From contig JAQBZZ010000005.1 in NCBI GenBank assembly GCA_027622595.1, positions 82-64,081 of the forward strand: DNA of 64,000 bases, written 5' to 3'. Both the position numbers and the translations under genes were made by a program. Numbering within the stretch: position 1 is the first letter of the stretch; every line of letters begins with the position of its first letter. Shown here piece after piece: positions 27,557 through 36,581 of this stretch. Origin of the DNA: Chloroflexota bacterium. Lineage in GTDB: Bacteria; Chloroflexota; Dehalococcoidia; Lucifugimonadales; UBA2985. Under the pieces are notes generated by a model. The model made no database searches. It was not told the DNA's origin and saw only the letters and a list, made by a program, of their open reading frames with translations.

Positions 27557-28627
27557 CTAGAGGACTACTGGCAACTCGATTAACCTGCCCCTGGTCAGCC
27601 TGTCACCGATTCTCACGTCGACTTCCTGGCCCGGCTCAGCGTGGCTGGTGCGCACATACCCAAGGGCCAGAGCGTGCCCGAGTAGGGGAGAGTCAACGAC
27701 CGAGGTGAGAACCCCAACGTCTTTGCCTTCGACCTCCATGTGGGTTGCGATTGCAGGACTGCCCTCTTCAAAAGCGATCCCCATAAGATGCTTCTGCACC
27801 TTCTTGTAGGTGTTCAGACGGAGCACCACCTCCTGGCCTATGTAGCAGCCCTTAACGAAGCTGATGGAGGAGTTAAGGCCTGCTTCCAGCGGGTTGAACT
27901 CCTCTCCCATCTCCCGTCCGTAGCGTGGCACCCCTTGCTCGACCCTAACCATGTTCAGGGCCTCCTCGCCTGCGGCGACTGCGCCAGCCTTAATGAGGGC
28001 ATCCCAGACCGCCTCCGCCTGTGAAGCGGTCGTCAGTAGATCATAACTGACCGTACCCAGAGCATCGGTCCTTATGACCGGAAGCTGAATGTCTTGAATG
28101 GATATTTGTGTCATCCCGTAAAGAGGCAAGGCTGCGGGGTCTGTTCCAAGGAATTTTGAAGCCCCCGGCCCCATCAGAGAGAGCAACGTTGTCTCCTCGG
28201 TCACATCCTCAACTGTTATGTCTTCCCCGAAGGTGTAGAGGTCGAGCCACTCGATTACCCTTGGCGTAGTCTGGGGGCTGGTGATGACTAGCAGCTCCTC
28301 ACCCATGTTTATGACAAGCAACAGGTCTATAATGCGGCCCTTGTTCGTTGTGAGGATGGTGGAGACTCCCTTTCCCCGTGGCAGGTCTATGACCTTGTTG
28401 GTGGAGAGCCGGTTCAGGAGGTCGAGCGCGTCCTTGCCCTTGATTCTGAGACGGCCATTAGAAGACTTATCTGAGATGGCCGTTCCGTTACGGGCGGCCT
28501 GATACTCTTCCAATGTATCGCCAAAGCTTTCGGGCAAATCCCAGCCATCAATGGTGGCGAAGATTGCCCCGGCCCTCTTCTGCGCTTCATTCAGAGGAGT
28601 GGTCCTATGCAGAATAATCTCTTGCAT
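27557..28627 (-). CDS. GcvT/YgfZ-family folate-binding protein
   Basis: 356 aa. Aminomethyltransferase-like fold. No gcvH or gcvP nearby. Adjacent to iscA. Confidence 0.75.
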   Translation of the reverse strand: MQEIILHRTTPLNEAQKRAGAIFATIDGWDLPESFGDTLEEYQAARNGTAISDKSSNGRLRIKGKDALDLLNRLSTNKVIDLPRGKGVSTILTTNKGRIIDLLLVINMGEELLVITSPQTTPRVIEWLDLYTFGEDITVEDVTEETTLLSLMGPGASKFLGTDPAALPLYGMTQISIQDIQLPVIRTDALGTVSYDLLTTASQAEAVWDALIKAGAVAAGEEALNMVRVEQGVPRYGREMGEEFNPLEAGLNSSISFVKGCYIGQEVVLRLNTYKKVQKHLMGIAFEEGSPAIATHMEVEGKDVGVLTSVVDSPLLGHALALGYVRTSHAEPGQEVDVRIGDRLTRGRLIELPVVL

Positions 28628-28732
28628 TATCTTACCGAAACAGACATGTCGTCCGAGAACACCCTATCTTCCCGGACGACCTGTGTTGTGTGAGTGAATA
28701 TTGAAGGCGGTGTCCTAGAGCCTACACGCAGC

Positions 28733-29065
28733 CTATACTGAGAAGGACGTGCCGCAACCGCAGGTGGTCTTGGCGTTGGGGTTGTTGAAAGCGAACCCTC
28801 TGCCGTTCAGGTCGTCGCCGTACTCAAGGACCGTGCCGGCCAGGAAGACGTAGCTCTTCTTGTCTATGAAGAGCTTTATGCCGTTGTCTTCTATCACCTT
28901 ATCAGTGGGCTGGGCTTCCTGGTCTATGGAGAGGGTATAGGTGAGACCAGAGCAACCACCACCTTTGACGCCTACCCGTAGGCCGAAATTTTGGAGGTTA
29001 TCCTTTGCCGCGAACTCCTTGGCTTTCTTGGCAGCCTTATCCGATATGCTGATGGTAAGTGGCAT
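28733..29065 (-). CDS. A-type iron-sulfur cluster carrier (IscA/ErpA/HesB)
   Basis: 110 aa from ATG 29065. GGGCSG and C-terminal CGCGTSF. Confidence 0.9.
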   Translation of the reverse strand: MPLTISISDKAAKKAKEFAAKDNLQNFGLRVGVKGGGCSGLTYTLSIDQEAQPTDKVIEDNGIKLFIDKKSYVFLAGTVLEYGDDLNGRGFAFNNPNAKTTCGCGTSFSV

Positions 29066-29286
29066 ACTGGTCACACCCTTTCGGTACACACAATGCCCCG
29101 GATACTTCACTACCATTCTAACGGATTACAGCCCGCCAGGTCAATACAAGGTGCCTCACGCCTTAGCCTTGGCGACGGGCTGCAATCCAATTTCCTTCCT
29201 TGACACTCATCTTTAACCCTAAGTATCATACGAGGCGGAACGCGCCCAATGAATCAAGGTAGCCTGCGCGTGCCGCTCTGATAGTG

Positions 29287-29363
29287 GGGCCAGTAGCTCA
29301 GTTGGTTAGAGCGCAGTCCTGATAAGACTGAGGTCCCTGGTTCGAATCCAGGCTGGCCCACCA
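29287..29363 (+). tRNA. tRNA-Ile (anticodon GAU), CCA encoded
   Basis: Hand-folded cloverleaf. Acceptor GGGCCAG/CTGGCCC, D arm GCTC-AGTTGGTTA-GAGC. Anticodon arm CAGTC-CTGATAA-GACTG. T arm CCTGG-TTCGAAT-CCAGG, then ACCA. Confidence 0.92.
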
Positions 29364-29422
29364 TATAGCACTGCTTGCGTAAAGGGCTTTTACATGCAAT
29401 CCCACACGGTTGGAGAAGAGAA

Positions 29423-30388
29423 ATGGCTACAGTAAACACAGTCCTTGGTCCCGTGGATGCTAACGATCTGGGCTTCACGCTGATGCACGAGCACATCCGG
29501 GAGAGTTCTGCCGGCGTTCCGTACACCTTTCCCGAGCTGTTTGACCATGAGGAGGATGTCGCTCGGGGAGTGGCTGCTCTCAACGAGGCAGCTGCCGAGG
29601 GTGTTGGCACCATTGTGGATGTGACCACCATGGACCTGGGGCGGGACATGCGACTCCTGCGGGACGTGGCCGCGCGTGCGGACATCAACATCGTGGCCGC
29701 CACCGGTCTTTGGCTGGATATACCGCGCGCCATCGCTCAAGGCTCCACGCCTGACCAATTGGCCGGAGCGTTCATCCGAGAGATTGAGGTTGGCATAGAG
29801 GGAACCGGGATCAAGGCGGGGGTTATCAAAGTGGCTACCGACGTGGAACACATAACCGAGAATGGGCTTGCAGGGCCAAACGATCTGGTCTTGCGGGCGG
29901 CGGCTCGCGCCTGCAAGCATACTGGCGTGCCTATTACCACCCACACGTCCTCAATCGCCAAGACAGGGGACTATCAGCTGGCCGTCTTCGAGCAGGAGGG
30001 TGTCGACCTGCGACGAGTGTGTATCGGCCATAGCAACGATACTGACGATCTGGACTATCTGCTGGGGATCATAAATAAGGGGTGCTTCTTGGGGATGGAC
30101 CACTTTCCGGGCGGAGCGAGAGGTGGCCCGAATTGGGAGGAACGTACCCAGCTTGTGAAGCAGCTGGTGGATTTGGGCTTTGCGGGCCAGGTGACCATGT
30201 CGCACGACTTTGGGGGGTGGCGTCCAGCTCTGCCGGAGGTGGTTGGGAGACGGGGAGCCAACAACCCTGACGGCTACTGTTTCGTCAGTCGGAATGTGCT
30301 CCCGCGGCTGCGCGAGTTGGGGGTGAGCGAAGAGGCCATCCGAACTATGACCGTGGATGCCCCTCGCCGCTTTTTCGGTGGAGGGTAA
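29423..30388 (+). CDS. phosphotriesterase-family (PTE/PHP) amidohydrolase
   Basis: 321 aa from ATG 29423 with a GGAGAAGAG SD. TLMHEHI metal-binding HxH. Confidence 0.85.
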   Translation: MATVNTVLGPVDANDLGFTLMHEHIRESSAGVPYTFPELFDHEEDVARGVAALNEAAAEGVGTIVDVTTMDLGRDMRLLRDVAARADINIVAATGLWLDIPRAIAQGSTPDQLAGAFIREIEVGIEGTGIKAGVIKVATDVEHITENGLAGPNDLVLRAAARACKHTGVPITTHTSSIAKTGDYQLAVFEQEGVDLRRVCIGHSNDTDDLDYLLGIINKGCFLGMDHFPGGARGGPNWEERTQLVKQLVDLGFAGQVTMSHDFGGWRPALPEVVGRRGANNPDGYCFVSRNVLPRLRELGVSEEAIRTMTVDAPRRFFGGG

Positions 30389-30394
30389 GAATCC

Positions 30395-30505
30395 TGCGCC
30401 TTCGTTAATAGTGGCGTGTGGTTTTCCGCAATTTCTTTAGCGGACTTCTCACCATCGCTCAACAGGTCGTCCACCGTGTTGACTATGGCAGCCGCAGCGA
30501 CAAAA
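30395..30505 (-). pseudogene. 3'-terminal fragment of an M20 amidohydrolase paralogue
   Basis: Minus frame reads VDDLLSDGEKSAKEIAENHTPLLTKAQ, against VVDLLSDGAKSAKEIVGNHTPLLTKAQ in the gene at 31559. About 110 bp aligns by eye to 31611-31725. No start codon and no N-terminal body. Confidence 0.6.
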
Positions 30506-30531
30506 TAACAGCACGGACTGGCTCTCAACTA

Positions 30532-30573
30532 ATGACATGCCCCCAGTCCGTCAAACGACTGGGGGCATGTCAT
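30532..30573. terminator. perfect 17-bp stem / 8-nt loop hairpin
   Basis: ATGACATGCCCCCAGTC cgtcaaac GACTGGGGGCATGTCAT. Lies 50 nt beyond the SRPBCC stop. No clear U-tract. Confidence 0.5.
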
Positions 30574-30622
30574 ACCGGAATACCCTGGATTGGGGTTGCC
30601 TGTTGTGATTATTCTGCTGTTC

Positions 30623-31099
30623 CTAACTCCTGAGGCTTTGCGCTAGTTTGTCGAACGCCTCGTTATAGCCAACGCCCGCATACTCGCGGCCCTCGCCAGC
30701 GGGGAAACCGATGTGATGCAGGGTCATGCGCGTCTTGCCGCCAAGGTCTTCAAAGGTGAGCTCTATCAGCGTCTCAGTAGGCCAACCGGGAGGCATGCCC
30801 GGGATTGTGGAAGGGTCCAGCACATTGCCCTGCGGATCGGCCATGCTGGCGGTTGCCACGATCTTTGTCATAGGCACAATTTCCTTATACACGCCGGTGT
30901 ACCAGGACTCGAAATCCGAGCCCTTCATGGAGTATAGGTATTTGCCGCCCACGCGGAAATCTATTGTGCACTGCGGCACGGTAAAACCCTTTGGTCCGAA
31001 CCATTTGCTGTAGTGCTCAGGCTCTGACCAGGCGCGCCAGACCAGCGCCATTGGTGCGTCAGAGGTGCGGGTGATAACCAGTTCGCTACCATCAGTCAT
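30623..31099 (-). CDS. SRPBCC/AHSA1-family protein
   Basis: 158 aa. Pattern ALVWRAWSEPEHYSKWFGP. ATGA overlap with arsR. Confidence 0.85.
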   Translation of the reverse strand: MTDGSELVITRTSDAPMALVWRAWSEPEHYSKWFGPKGFTVPQCTIDFRVGGKYLYSMKGSDFESWYTGVYKEIVPMTKIVATASMADPQGNVLDPSTIPGMPPGWPTETLIELTFEDLGGKTRMTLHHIGFPAGEGREYAGVGYNEAFDKLAQSLRS

Positions 31100-31437
31100 A
31101 ATGATTCTCCTCCTTCGTTTTGTAGCTCTTTCAGGTACTCGTCCAGGCGGTCAAAGCGCACCTCCCAGAATTGGCGGTACTCCTCCACCCAGGCGGCGAT
31201 CTCCTGTAGAGGCGCGGCTTCCAGCTTGCATGGCCGCCGCTGTGCATCCCGTCCACGCGAGATAAGACCCGCGCGCTCAAGCACTTTGAGATGTTTTGAG
31301 ATGGCCGGCTGTGTCATCTCGAACGGCTCCGCCAGTTCTTTGACCGATGATTCTCCGGAAGCCAGGCGGGCAAGGATCGCTCTCCGAGTGGGGTCAGCAA
31401 GGGTGGCAAAAATTTGATCTAGGCTTTCGGTAATCAT
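31096..31437 (-). CDS. ArsR/SmtB-family transcriptional regulator
   Basis: 113 aa. LADPTRRAILARLASGESSVKELAEPFEMTQPAISKHLKVLERAGLI. Confidence 0.88.
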   Translation of the reverse strand: MITESLDQIFATLADPTRRAILARLASGESSVKELAEPFEMTQPAISKHLKVLERAGLISRGRDAQRRPCKLEAAPLQEIAAWVEEYRQFWEVRFDRLDEYLKELQNEGGESL

Positions 31438-31558
31438 GTGTGCATAATGTCAAGCCCTCATAGCGATGCTCAGGGCTGTTGCTGAAGCGGTCGATCCGAG
31501 CTTTGTCCCTGGCCTCTTTCTTGTGGGAGAGTGAAAGGTCCCGTGTCAGGTCTGATTC

Positions 31559-32908
31559 TCACTTAGGAAACAGTTCTTCTCCGTACAGTCCTTGTGTCAG
31601 TTCTATATACTGCGCTTTCGTTAATAGTGGCGTGTGGTTTCCCACGATTTCTTTGGCAGACTTCGCTCCATCGCTCAACAGGTCGACCACCATGTTCGCC
31701 ATCGCTTTGGCAGCGGTGACGACTGCAAGTTGATAGTCCTGAACCAGGTAATCGACACCGTGTCCCTGGCCTGTCGCCGCGTTCACGTGAGGATGCAACG
31801 CAGGCATCAGGTGGCTGACGTCGCCCATATCCGTCGAGCCGCCACCATGCCCTCTCTCGCCAACGTTATCCGCCCCCACCAATGTTTCCGCGTTTGCTCT
31901 GTATATAGAGGCCATCTCCGGACTGTTGATTAGTGGGAGCATTTCCCCCAGATTGATAATCCTGACCCGTGCCCCAACTGCCATTGCGCCGGCGCGCAGG
32001 GAGCGGTCCACCTTTGAGTTGGCCTCAAGAATAGCGTCAAGCGACCTGCCGCGCACGTACGTCTCTATATGCACGGCATCTGGAACAGCGTTGACCGCGG
32101 AGCCTCCCTTTGTGATGATGGGGTGGACACGGATACTGTCCTCATCCTTGAACGTTTCACGCTGCATGTGGATGGCCTGAATCGCCAGAGTCGCGGCATT
32201 CAGGGCGTTGACTCCGCGCCATGGAGACCCTCCGGCATGGGATGCATGCCCTATGAATTCGGCTCGTTTGGCCACCAGTCCATTGCTCCCTGCTCCTATC
32301 ACTAAATCCCTAGCTACTTCACCAGGGTCACTGTCCAAACTCCCTGAATGGGTCATCACTGCCAGATCAACGTCATCGAATGCGCCCAGCCTGATGAATT
32401 CACCCTTTCCGGTCAGGAACTCAAGTTTGCCCTGTTTTCGAAGCTCGTTGCGGAACTCAAGCTCGATGTACTCCTCTGCGGGGACGGCCATGAATACGAC
32501 TCGTCCGCTCAGCTCTTCGAGGACGCCAGGGGCAAGTAGTCCCGCTGCGACTGCAAGCATGTTGCCTATCTGGATATGATGCCCGCACGCGTGTGCGGCG
32601 TGGGTCACAGGGTCCTCTTCTGGGTGTCCAGGAACGACCATCGAGTCAAGCTCGCCGATGACTGCTATCGTCGGGCCGTCGCCCGCTTTCCCGTTCACCA
32701 CACCCTTGAGCCCGGTGATGGCAAGGTTGTCCGTATACGCAATGCCCAAGTCCTTGAACCAGCCCTGCACCGTATACGAGGTCTTGGTCTCCTTAAACCC
32801 GGATTCCGGGTTCTTCATAATGTGCAATGCGGTCTGGATGAGACTCTCGCTACGCCGGTCGATTTCCTGGTTCACCAGTGCCTTTAGCTCTTCACGGGTT
32901 GCGGCCAT
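31559..32908 (-). CDS. M20-family amidohydrolase/peptidase (AbgB-like)
   Basis: 449 aa. HACGHH metal-ligand context and M20 dimerisation-domain layout. Confidence 0.8.
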   Translation of the reverse strand: MAATREELKALVNQEIDRRSESLIQTALHIMKNPESGFKETKTSYTVQGWFKDLGIAYTDNLAITGLKGVVNGKAGDGPTIAVIGELDSMVVPGHPEEDPVTHAAHACGHHIQIGNMLAVAAGLLAPGVLEELSGRVVFMAVPAEEYIELEFRNELRKQGKLEFLTGKGEFIRLGAFDDVDLAVMTHSGSLDSDPGEVARDLVIGAGSNGLVAKRAEFIGHASHAGGSPWRGVNALNAATLAIQAIHMQRETFKDEDSIRVHPIITKGGSAVNAVPDAVHIETYVRGRSLDAILEANSKVDRSLRAGAMAVGARVRIINLGEMLPLINSPEMASIYRANAETLVGADNVGERGHGGGSTDMGDVSHLMPALHPHVNAATGQGHGVDYLVQDYQLAVVTAAKAMANMVVDLLSDGAKSAKEIVGNHTPLLTKAQYIELTQGLYGEELFPK

Positions 32909-33012
32909 GATTTCCCCCTCTTATCAGACTCCTGTTAGAAACTGGCAACTTGCCTCAGACGGCCTGAGGACGTAAAGTAACCCCTAATCGGGACTTAGTA
33001 AAGGACAATTGC

Positions 33013-33927
33013 ATGCTGGATGTCTTTCTAAACGTCATTATGCCAGTTTTCCTGGTGGCCGTCATAGCGGCGGCGTTTCAACGCTGGCGAAAGTTACCCG
33101 TCGGGACGCTGAGCCAGGTGACCCTCTATCTCCTCACCCCGTCTCTCATCTTCACGTCGCTTGTACAGCAGAACATACCCGCATCTGCATCTGTCAGGAT
33201 TGTGGGCGCTCTGGTGGTGGCGACGGTGTTCATCTTAGTAACCAGCGTAGTTGTCAGCAAGATTCTACGACATGACCGGCCCATGAGGAGCGCGTTCATG
33301 CTGTCCACAGGGTTTCCCAACGCCGGTAACATGGCGCTGCCCGTGTTGCTGCTGGCCTTTGGGGAAGAGGGTCTGGCCGTTGGGGTGATAGTCTTCGTGA
33401 CGCTGGCAATCATGGGGCAGTCCCTTGGCGTATTTATAGCCGCGGGGAGTGAGATGGACGCAAGGGAGTCCCTCAAGCAGATATTCAAGTTACCAGCCAT
33501 CTACGCTATCATGGCCGCGCTTCTGGTAAGGGCGTTGGGAATCGAGTTGCCGCTGGCCATCTTCCAGCCCATCAAACTGTTGTCTCAGGCCTCAATTCCC
33601 ATCATGCTGGTGGTGCTTGGGTTCCAGTTGGGAGGGGAGTTCCGTCTGGACAGCGTGGTCAGCTTGGTGGCTGCCAACGTAGTCCGTCTGCTGGTGTCGG
33701 TGCCGTTGGCGTACGCAGCCACGCTGATGTTTGGGTTGGACGAGCTTTCTCAGAGCGTGGTGATGATTGTGTACGCCATGCCTGTGGCCGTTTTCACCAT
33801 TATTCTTTCCACCGAATTCAAGACGAACCCCAGGTTTGTTACCAACGTCGTTGTTACCAGCACCTTTGCCAGTACGCTCACGTTGACCCTTGTTATTCCG
33901 ATGGTCAAGACCTTCGTTATGGGGTGA
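33013..33927 (+). CDS. AEC-family (auxin efflux carrier) permease
   Basis: 304 aa, about 10 TM segments. N-terminus MLDVFLNVIMPVFLV is typical of the family. Confidence 0.8.
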   Translation: MLDVFLNVIMPVFLVAVIAAAFQRWRKLPVGTLSQVTLYLLTPSLIFTSLVQQNIPASASVRIVGALVVATVFILVTSVVVSKILRHDRPMRSAFMLSTGFPNAGNMALPVLLLAFGEEGLAVGVIVFVTLAIMGQSLGVFIAAGSEMDARESLKQIFKLPAIYAIMAALLVRALGIELPLAIFQPIKLLSQASIPIMLVVLGFQLGGEFRLDSVVSLVAANVVRLLVSVPLAYAATLMFGLDELSQSVVMIVYAMPVAVFTIILSTEFKTNPRFVTNVVVTSTFASTLTLTLVIPMVKTFVMG

Positions 33928-33957
33928 ATGCGGTGCGGCTTGCCAGACAGGCTTCCA

Positions 33958-34263
33958 CTATTCCACACGGTCTGGGATGTCCGCGTCGGCAATTGTCCCG
34001 CCGGGACGTGACAGGTCCTCTATGTATATCCGGTCGTAGTCCCCGTAATGTCCGCTATTCGCGTCGTCTTTCAACGGCTCCGCCCACATATATCTGACGT
34101 CCCGCCAATCAATGGGAAACTGTGGATCATCGAAGAAGGACCGCACGGCTTCTAGGGGTTCGCTTGAATCCACGTAACCCATCATTTGAAAGTTCTCATA
34201 CACGTTGCCTCCGTGTGCGAGAAAGTCCCCCTTCATGGCCGCCAGCACTATGAACTTTGGCAT
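33958..34263 (-). CDS. hypothetical protein, 101 aa
   Basis: Clean ORF 24 nt downstream of the 53-codon ORF. No family recognised. Confidence 0.5.
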   Translation of the reverse strand: MPKFIVLAAMKGDFLAHGGNVYENFQMMGYVDSSEPLEAVRSFFDDPQFPIDWRDVRYMWAEPLKDDANSGHYGDYDRIYIEDLSRPGGTIADADIPDRVE

Positions 34264-34287
34264 GTCCGGGCAGTGTTGTCTCTGTCT

Positions 34288-34449
34288 CTACTGCTTTTGA
34301 ATCCGGATATTCTTGCCGTCTATAGTCACCTTTATGTCCAATCCCGTCTCGTTGGATATTGGGAAGGACATTGCTGGTATGAAGGGCGCTGGACTCAGCT
34401 TCATTGCCTGGGTTGCCTGGTCTTTGATATTGAGCGTCTGTATTGCCAT
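34288..34449 (-). CDS. small ORF, 53 aa (below ORF-track cutoff)
   Basis: Hand translation MAIQTLNIKDQATQAMKLSPAPFIPAMSFPISNETGLDIKVTIDGKNIRIQKQ. SD AAGGAG 5 nt before the ATG. Confidence 0.45.
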   Translation of the reverse strand: MAIQTLNIKDQATQAMKLSPAPFIPAMSFPISNETGLDIKVTIDGKNIRIQKQ

Positions 34450-34612
34450 GTGTCTCCTTACGGTTACAAAAACTTTGCTGAATATGTACTAACCAAACAG
34501 CTAAGTACAGTCTAATAATACATCATCCGTGGCGCGATGTCCCTAGAGTAATCCCTCCTTGAGGGAGAAGAGCAACCCTACTTCTCCGCGGATTTCAATT
34601 ACGGATTCGTCC

Positions 34613-34640
34613 TTGACTCATCCCGTTCCGATGTTAGAAT
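34613..34640 (+). promoter_or_regulatory. sigma-70-type promoter (TTGACT-16-TAGAAT) ahead of the MFS gene
   Basis: Both hexamers are close to consensus. Implies a 5' UTR of about 175 nt. Confidence 0.45.
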
Positions 34641-34823
34641 CATGCTATCTTAATTGTGACAGATGCATGAGGGTCAGCGGCTAACCGACGGATTCTGTGG
34701 CGCATTTGACGAAGGGCAGTGGGTTTTCGTCTAGCAAGATGGGCTGACGCACCCGCATTCAAGATGCCTTGCTCAAGAGAGTCTGTATTATGGTGCCGGG
34801 GCGGTTAAGAGTATAGTGAACAA

Positions 34824-36158
34824 ATGAGCCAGTCTGTGACTCCACAAAAGCTTCCCATTCCCCTGCCATCCGGGATGTTTTATGGCTGGGTAATTGTCGC
34901 AATTGGATGGTTGGCCAACATGGTGGCCGCGACCATGAACCCTGTGGTCTTTTCTGTCTTCATAGACCCTATGAGGGAAGAGCTTGGCCTGAGCCTGAGC
35001 GGCATGGCATGGGCCATCAGTGTGCGAATGTTGACCGGTGGACTTGCGGCACCACTCATGGGACGTCTTATAGACAACTATGGGGCAAGATGGCTGGGAC
35101 TCTTTGGGGGATTCCTGTCCGGTGGGGTTCTGATAAGCCTGTACTTTGCCCACAATATCTGGCTGATATACGCGTTGTTCGCTATAGGCGGAATATCGGG
35201 GTTCGGCACCTTTGGCGGACAGTTGCTTACTATAGTTCCGGTTGCCAACTGGTTTGTTGTAAAGCGGGGCCGGACTACGTCCATTGCCGCAACGGGTTTG
35301 GGCATGGGGACGGCCCTTGGAGTGCCTATAGCCCTGCTTCTTATCAACACCGTGGGTTGGCGGTGGGCATGGGTGACCTTTGGTCTGGCAATATGGGCGG
35401 TCATTATTCCGAGTTACGGCTTTCTCATGCGCCGTCGACCAGAAGACCTGGGTCTACTTCCCGATGGGGCCCCTATACAGAGTAGCACTGTTTCCGACGA
35501 CCCTACAACCGTACCTGAGAGGGCAGTGGAAGAGGTGAGCTGGACACTGAGCCAAGCGCTGCGTACGCCGGTGCTGTGGTTTTTCCTGATGGCCTTGACC
35601 ATATACATGTTCGGTTCATCAGGCGTACTTTTCCTTCGAGTCCCATACTGGAATGAGCTTGGGGTATCTTCCCAGGCCATCGCCTTTGGCGTTGCCGCAG
35701 ACCCGTTCACGGTTATCTTTGCCATGCTGTTATTTGGGTTTCTGGCGGAGCGATACCCCGTGAGGTTTATGGCGGTAATCGGTGGTATCTGGAGAGCAAT
35801 CTCCATGCTCCCACTCCTGCTGGGAGGTAGCCACGCAGGCTATGTTTTCCTGCACAACGTCACCTGGGGAGTGGGGTCGGGAGCGTTTGCCGCCGCTCAG
35901 AACCTTATTATTCCCACCTACTACGGACGGACGGCCCAGGGGGCCATTCGAGGAATCTCTTTGCCACTGATGATCGCCGCTGGGGCATTGGGAGCCCCGG
36001 CCGCTGCATATTTGGTGGACGCTGGTGCGAGCAAATCACTCATCTGGCAGTTAGCCCTGGGAATGATGTTGTTTGCCGGCTTGATGTTCTTCTTCTTGAA
36101 GCCTCCCAAAATGCCGCAGGAAACGGCCACATCAGATACTGAAGACGCTTCGGAGTAG
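34824..36158 (+). CDS. MFS transporter
   Basis: 444 aa, 12 TM-like segments. FYGWVIVAIG N-terminal pattern as in OFA/MCT-like MFS. Confidence 0.85.
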   Translation: MSQSVTPQKLPIPLPSGMFYGWVIVAIGWLANMVAATMNPVVFSVFIDPMREELGLSLSGMAWAISVRMLTGGLAAPLMGRLIDNYGARWLGLFGGFLSGGVLISLYFAHNIWLIYALFAIGGISGFGTFGGQLLTIVPVANWFVVKRGRTTSIAATGLGMGTALGVPIALLLINTVGWRWAWVTFGLAIWAVIIPSYGFLMRRRPEDLGLLPDGAPIQSSTVSDDPTTVPERAVEEVSWTLSQALRTPVLWFFLMALTIYMFGSSGVLFLRVPYWNELGVSSQAIAFGVAADPFTVIFAMLLFGFLAERYPVRFMAVIGGIWRAISMLPLLLGGSHAGYVFLHNVTWGVGSGAFAAAQNLIIPTYYGRTAQGAIRGISLPLMIAAGALGAPAAAYLVDAGASKSLIWQLALGMMLFAGLMFFFLKPPKMPQETATSDTEDASE

Positions 36159-36302
36159 GTACTCATCAAACGGATTTCTCTTTGCAGAAAGTCCTCCAAA
36201 CCTGTATTATGTAATTATCGGAAATGTTTTCTGTGGCACCACCCAAATCCCCGGTAAGCCAAGTTTTCGGTAGGCCAAATCTCCGGAAAGTAGGTGAAAA
36301 AC

Positions 36303-36530
36303 ATGGTATCGATTCCTATCGTCTACACCATTCAAGGCTGTGACGCATGTGTGAAGTTGCTCAACAAGTGGAACGCCGAGGGGGTGCAATTTGAGGAACG
36401 CCGGGCTGACCTCAGTCAGGAAATCATGGAAGAGGCAAGAAGCCACGGTGACGTTGTTCCTATCATCCTATACCAGGATGGAAGAACAGAGGAAGGCTTT
36501 GAAGGGGGGATCGGCTGCTACATAGGCTAG
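36303..36530 (+). CDS. glutaredoxin/NrdH-like small redox protein
   Basis: 75 aa from ATG 36303. CDAC motif after the first strand, VPI cis-Pro. Confidence 0.75.
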   Translation: MVSIPIVYTIQGCDACVKLLNKWNAEGVQFEERRADLSQEIMEEARSHGDVVPIILYQDGRTEEGFEGGIGCYIG

Positions 36531-36581
36531 CCGGACATCCATCGTCCAGTGGGATTGCAGGTATAAAATAAGGGAGTAATC

